Part shown: positions 46,500-49,931 of the stretch, one piece after another
Layout: every line of letters begins with the position of its first letter
How positions within the stretch are numbered: position 1 is the first letter of the stretch
From: Verrucomicrobiota bacterium
Lineage (GTDB): Bacteria > Verrucomicrobiota > Verrucomicrobiia > Verrucomicrobiales > DEV007
NCBI GenBank assembly: GCA_045046875.1
Contig: JASFYY010000059.1
Span: 1-49,931, forward strand
Direction: 5' to 3'
DNA: 49,931 nt
Made by a program: the position numbers and the translations under genes
The notes under the pieces: model-generated
What the model saw: only the letters and a program-made list of their open reading frames with translations
Database searches by the model: none
What the model was told of the DNA's origin: nothing

Positions 46500-47498
46500 T
46501 CATTCTTCCTCCCAAAAACAAGCACAGCCCTCCACCCAATGCCCCGGCACAGGTTCCACCATGCAGGGTCGTTTCTCCAAAACCTCATCCCCATGCGGAT
46601 TACTACAACGCGGAGCAAATCGACACCCATCCGGCATCTCTGAAAGCGCTGGCACCATGCCTTCGATCGTCTTTAAATGTTCCTTCCTCTTTGAATCCAT
46701 TCGAGGTATCGAATCCAGTAATCCTCTAGTATAAGGGTGCAGTGGATTTTTGAACAACTCTTCAACTCCCGCCCGTTCCACCACCCTGCCCGCATACATC
46801 ACCGCCACCTCGTCCGCATTCTCGGCAATCACTGCCAAGTCATGGGTGATCAATATCACAGCCATCTCCATCTCCAGCTGCAATTCGTCGATCAAAGCCA
46901 AAATCTGCGCCTGCACCGTCACATCCAAGGCCGTTGTCGGTTCATCCGCGATCAAAAGTTTGGGTTTATTGATCAAAGCCATCGCAATCATCACCCGCTG
47001 ACGCATGCCGCCCGACAATTGATGCGGGTATTCCCCCACCCGGATTTCCGGCGCCGGAATTTTCACCCGTTCCAACATCTCCACCGCCTGACGAAGCGCC
47101 TCCCGCTTGTCCACCTGTTGATGAATCAAAACCGCCTCCATCAACTGACGCCCAATGGTATGCACCGGATTCAAAGCCGTCATCGGCTCTTGAAAAATCA
47201 TCCCGATCTCCCCGCCCCTGATATGATGCATTTCCTCATCATCGATGGTGCGCAAATCCTTGCCATCAAAGAGAATCTCACCACCCAGAATCTTGCCCAT
47301 CGGCTGGGGCAAAAGACGGATCAAACTCAACGCCGAAACACTTTTTCCACAGCCCGACTCCCCGACAATGCCCAGGGTCTTGCCGCGTTCGATAGAAAAA
47401 TCCACATCATCCACCGCCACCAGCAAACCGGCATCCGTCTCAAAACCGGATTTCAAATCCCGCACCACCAGCAATGCTTCTGTTTTATCGTCTGCCAT
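46500..47498 (-). CDS. oppD: Oligopeptide ABC transporter ATP-binding protein (OppD/DppD-like)
   Basis: [31 protein letters not shown] and [14 protein letters not shown] overlap with the upstream gene. Confidence 0.92.
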   Translation of the reverse strand: MADDKTEALLVVRDLKSGFETDAGLLVAVDDVDFSIERGKTLGIVGESGCGKSVSALSLIRLLPQPMGKILGGEILFDGKDLRTIDDEEMHHIRGGEIGMIFQEPMTALNPVHTIGRQLMEAVLIHQQVDKREALRQAVEMLERVKIPAPEIRVGEYPHQLSGGMRQRVMIAMALINKPKLLIADEPTTALDVTVQAQILALIDELQLEMEMAVILITHDLAVIAENADEVAVMYAGRVVERAGVEELFKNPLHPYTRGLLDSIPRMDSKRKEHLKTIEGMVPALSEMPDGCRFAPRCSNPHGDEVLEKRPCMVEPVPGHWVEGCACFWEEE

Positions 47499-49408
47499 TA
47501 TTTCACCCGGTATTGATCGTAAACCTGCAAGCTCTCGGGATAAGTCTCCCCCTTGCGTTTTGCCGCCAGCGTTTTCTCCTTGGTCTCCATATCCACCCAA
47601 TGCACATGAGCTTCGTAAGGTTCCGAGCTGACCCGGACATTCAAAGTTTTCTCTGGAAACTTCAACCACCGCCAATAGCCGAAACGATAATAGCTACGAT
47701 GATAACCCGGCACCCAGGGAGCCAATTCGTGAATCACTTTTTCAATCGCGTAGGCATTGTCCTTGATCTCTTTTTCCGTGGTGGCATTACGAATCGCCAA
47801 ACTGTATTTATCCAAACGTGGGTCCACCGTCACAGTGATATTATTGGTATTGGGCTTCGGCGTTTTAGTGCCTTTTTCATAAGCATTCTCAGAAAAGAAG
47901 TTCTGATAATAACGCGGGTAAGGAGGCCCGGCTCCCCAACCCCACAAGCAAATCTCATGTTGTTTGCTCATCACTTTTTTGAAAAACCCCGTGCCGTCCA
48001 AAGATTCAATCTGGTATTCCAAACCCGCCTTGGCAGCCTCTTCTTTCAGGCGCAAGACTATGCGATTAGTCAATGGGTCCTGGGCGACACTGATTGTGAA
48101 CGACAAGCGAGTGCCGTCCTCCTTCTCCAAAATCCCATCCTTACCGCTTTTTGTGAACCCGGCTTTGGCAAAATGTTCCCGTGCTTTTTTCGGATTGAAC
48201 TCCCGTGCCCGGATCGTCGGTTCGCTGAACTTGCCATAACCTTCACAAAAAATATTCGTCCGCCGGTAATCCCCCCGAAAATCAAAATCAATCAGCTTCT
48301 GCACATTGCTCGCGTATTGCATACCTATCCGCACATCCTCTTTGTCGAGGTTTGGTTTCGAATTATTGATATACAAACCACGCGGCACCCGGGGATAATC
48401 ATTATAAAAAACCGCCTTCTTGATGTACCCCTTGTGAACCACACTGATTTCAGTTTTTTCATTCCAAAACCTCGGAGCGTTCAGTGAATAAAGATCCATC
48501 TCCCCATTGCGAAACAACTCGAACTGTTTTTCAGAATTCCGCACCAAGCGGTAACGAATAGAGTCTGGGTTAAAACGGTTTTTCTGATACTTCCTGTCCT
48601 TGGCCCACCAATTTTTGATTCGTTTCAATACAACCACCCGGCCTTTCCGGGTTTTGCTTTCGTCGATCAAGTAAGCACCCGTTGTCGGTTTGATCCGCCA
48701 TTGATAACGACTGGGATAATCAGGACCGAACTCACGGAAAAAATGCCTTGGCATCGGAGACAAAGCCGCAAAATAAGCCGTCTTCGGTTTTGCCGTCGCC
48801 AGCTTGATGGAAATCGTCAGGTCATCGTATTTGGTGATATTTTTATACTGCGTGCCATAATACTGACTATAAAACGGCGCGTTGGCGTATGGCGAACGGT
48901 AGATATAAAAAGTCAGCAGGTAATCATCCGCCACCACCGGAACGCCGTCCGAATAAGTCGCCTCCGGATCCAAACGGAAATACACCGTCTGCCGATCTTT
49001 GCTCACCGCCCATTGTTTTGCCAGACCGGGAATCACCTCCATCGTATCCGGGTGCAGGTTGACCAAACCCATCTCAATGTTGTCATGGAATTCTCCACGA
49101 AAACTGTGATTACTGTTCGGCCCAAAGGTGCGGTAAGTCGGTGGGAAAGCCGCAATCGCCTGATTGACCACCCCTCCTTTGCTCGCGGCATCATCACCGA
49201 TCTCCGGATGCTGCATGCCATCCTGCCACTCAAGATCCCCGGGTATGTCCTCGGGACTGGCGAACGTGAAAAAATCCTTTTCTTTTTTGTAAAAAGCCTC
49301 AATTTCAGCCGCGCTGTCATAGCTCTCCTGCTCTTCCATTCGCGCACAGGAAGTCAGGGCGATGACCATCACCAGAATCGGAATCCATCTGTAAAAAAAA
49401 CACCTCAT
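47498..49408 (-). CDS. ABC transporter substrate-binding lipoprotein, family 5 (YejA-like)
   Basis: Lipobox LTSC; ASKGG, PGLAKQW and [10 protein letters not shown]; within the Opp-type operon. Confidence 0.88.
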   Translation of the reverse strand: MRCFFYRWIPILVMVIALTSCARMEEQESYDSAAEIEAFYKKEKDFFTFASPEDIPGDLEWQDGMQHPEIGDDAASKGGVVNQAIAAFPPTYRTFGPNSNHSFRGEFHDNIEMGLVNLHPDTMEVIPGLAKQWAVSKDRQTVYFRLDPEATYSDGVPVVADDYLLTFYIYRSPYANAPFYSQYYGTQYKNITKYDDLTISIKLATAKPKTAYFAALSPMPRHFFREFGPDYPSRYQWRIKPTTGAYLIDESKTRKGRVVVLKRIKNWWAKDRKYQKNRFNPDSIRYRLVRNSEKQFELFRNGEMDLYSLNAPRFWNEKTEISVVHKGYIKKAVFYNDYPRVPRGLYINNSKPNLDKEDVRIGMQYASNVQKLIDFDFRGDYRRTNIFCEGYGKFSEPTIRAREFNPKKAREHFAKAGFTKSGKDGILEKEDGTRLSFTISVAQDPLTNRIVLRLKEEAAKAGLEYQIESLDGTGFFKKVMSKQHEICLWGWGAGPPYPRYYQNFFSENAYEKGTKTPKPNTNNITVTVDPRLDKYSLAIRNATTEKEIKDNAYAIEKVIHELAPWVPGYHRSYYRFGYWRWLKFPEKTLNVRVSSEPYEAHVHWVDMETKEKTLAAKRKGETYPESLQVYDQYRVK

Positions 49409-49931
49409 TTGTATGTCGTAAATTTTTTAGGATCAAAAGCCTCACGCACCGCTTCACCCACAAAGGTCACCAATACCAAAATCACCACGGTGCCAAAAAA
49501 ACCACCACTGACTATCCACGGAGCCGACAAGTTATCCGCCCCCTCGGCCAGCAAACGCCCCCAGCTCGGATACTCGACCGGTAAACCAAAACCCAAGTAA
49601 TCAAGTGCGGTCAACGACCCGATCAATCCCGTCACACTGAACGGCAACAAGGTCACCACGATCGCAATCGTATTCGGCAGAATATGACGGAAAATAATGC
49701 GCCCTGTCCCCGCTCCCATCAGGCGAGCCGCCGCCACGTAGTCCCTCGCTTTTTCCCGGTAAGTCGCCGTGCGCAGATAGTAGGTCATGCCAATCCAGGA
49801 AAATATACACAATACCCCCACTAGAACCGGCATCGGTGGTCGTTTGATCACCGACGCTATGATAATCACCACATACAAAAACGGCAGATTCGACAACACC
49901 TCGATTCCACGTTGGACCAACATATCAAACC
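49405..49931 (-). CDS. Peptide ABC transporter permease (OppC/YejE-like), 5' truncated by the window edge
   Basis: EAA loop DYVAAARLMGAG..RIIFRHILPN; LDYLGFGLP..PSWG; GEAVREAFDP. Confidence 0.9.
   Translation of the reverse strand, partial: FDMLVQRGIEVLSNLPFLYVVIIIASVIKRPPMPVLVGVLCIFSWIGMTYYLRTATYREKARDYVAAARLMGAGTGRIIFRHILPNTIAIVVTLLPFSVTGLIGSLTALDYLGFGLPVEYPSWGRLLAEGADNLSAPWIVSGGFFGTVVILVLVTFVGEAVREAFDPKKFTTYK

Noticed and set aside
47474..49600. Long + strand ORFs (337 and 299 aa)
   Set aside because: Antisense to the well-supported substrate-binding protein and permease genes.

Overview
Bacterial chromosomal window, most consistent with a member of the PVC superphylum, probably Verrucomicrobiota. 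This is inferred from the sulfatases, the DUF1552/DUF1592 pair, the PQQ-like beta-propellers and the discoidin-domain sensor kinase. The window opens on the 3' end of a tRNA (probably Asn), followed by an AT-rich accessory patch with a VapBC-type toxin-antitoxin pair, a DUF805 protein and a hypothetical protein. It then carries a CDF transporter, esterases and sulfatases, mpaA, deaD, an argC-argJ-argB-argD-argF cluster, tRNA-Pro(GGG), folD, xylB, a two-component system, DUF1592/DUF1552 genes, an NlpC/P60 peptidase and a TetR + ECF sigma pair. A second AT-rich patch with a ParE/RelE-type TA pair follows, then a large methyltransferase-like/PQQ-propeller protein, a ribose/nucleoside scavenging cluster lacking its ATPase, and an Opp/Yej-type ABC operon. 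No integrase, transposase, CRISPR array or rRNA was seen. The best candidates for undescribed biology are: (i) a Cys-rich TetR with shared NemR-like operators in front of both itself and an ECF sigma factor that has no adjacent anti-sigma gene; (ii) a ~205-nt intergenic segment of four hairpins that all fold better on the + strand (candidate ncRNA); (iii) a 4x 8-bp repeat overlapping the antitoxin start codon; (iv) an exported nucleoside hydrolase with an ATPase-less RbsBC; (v) several families of intergenic REP-like and short tandem repeats. All family assignments come from motif recognition by eye, without database searches.
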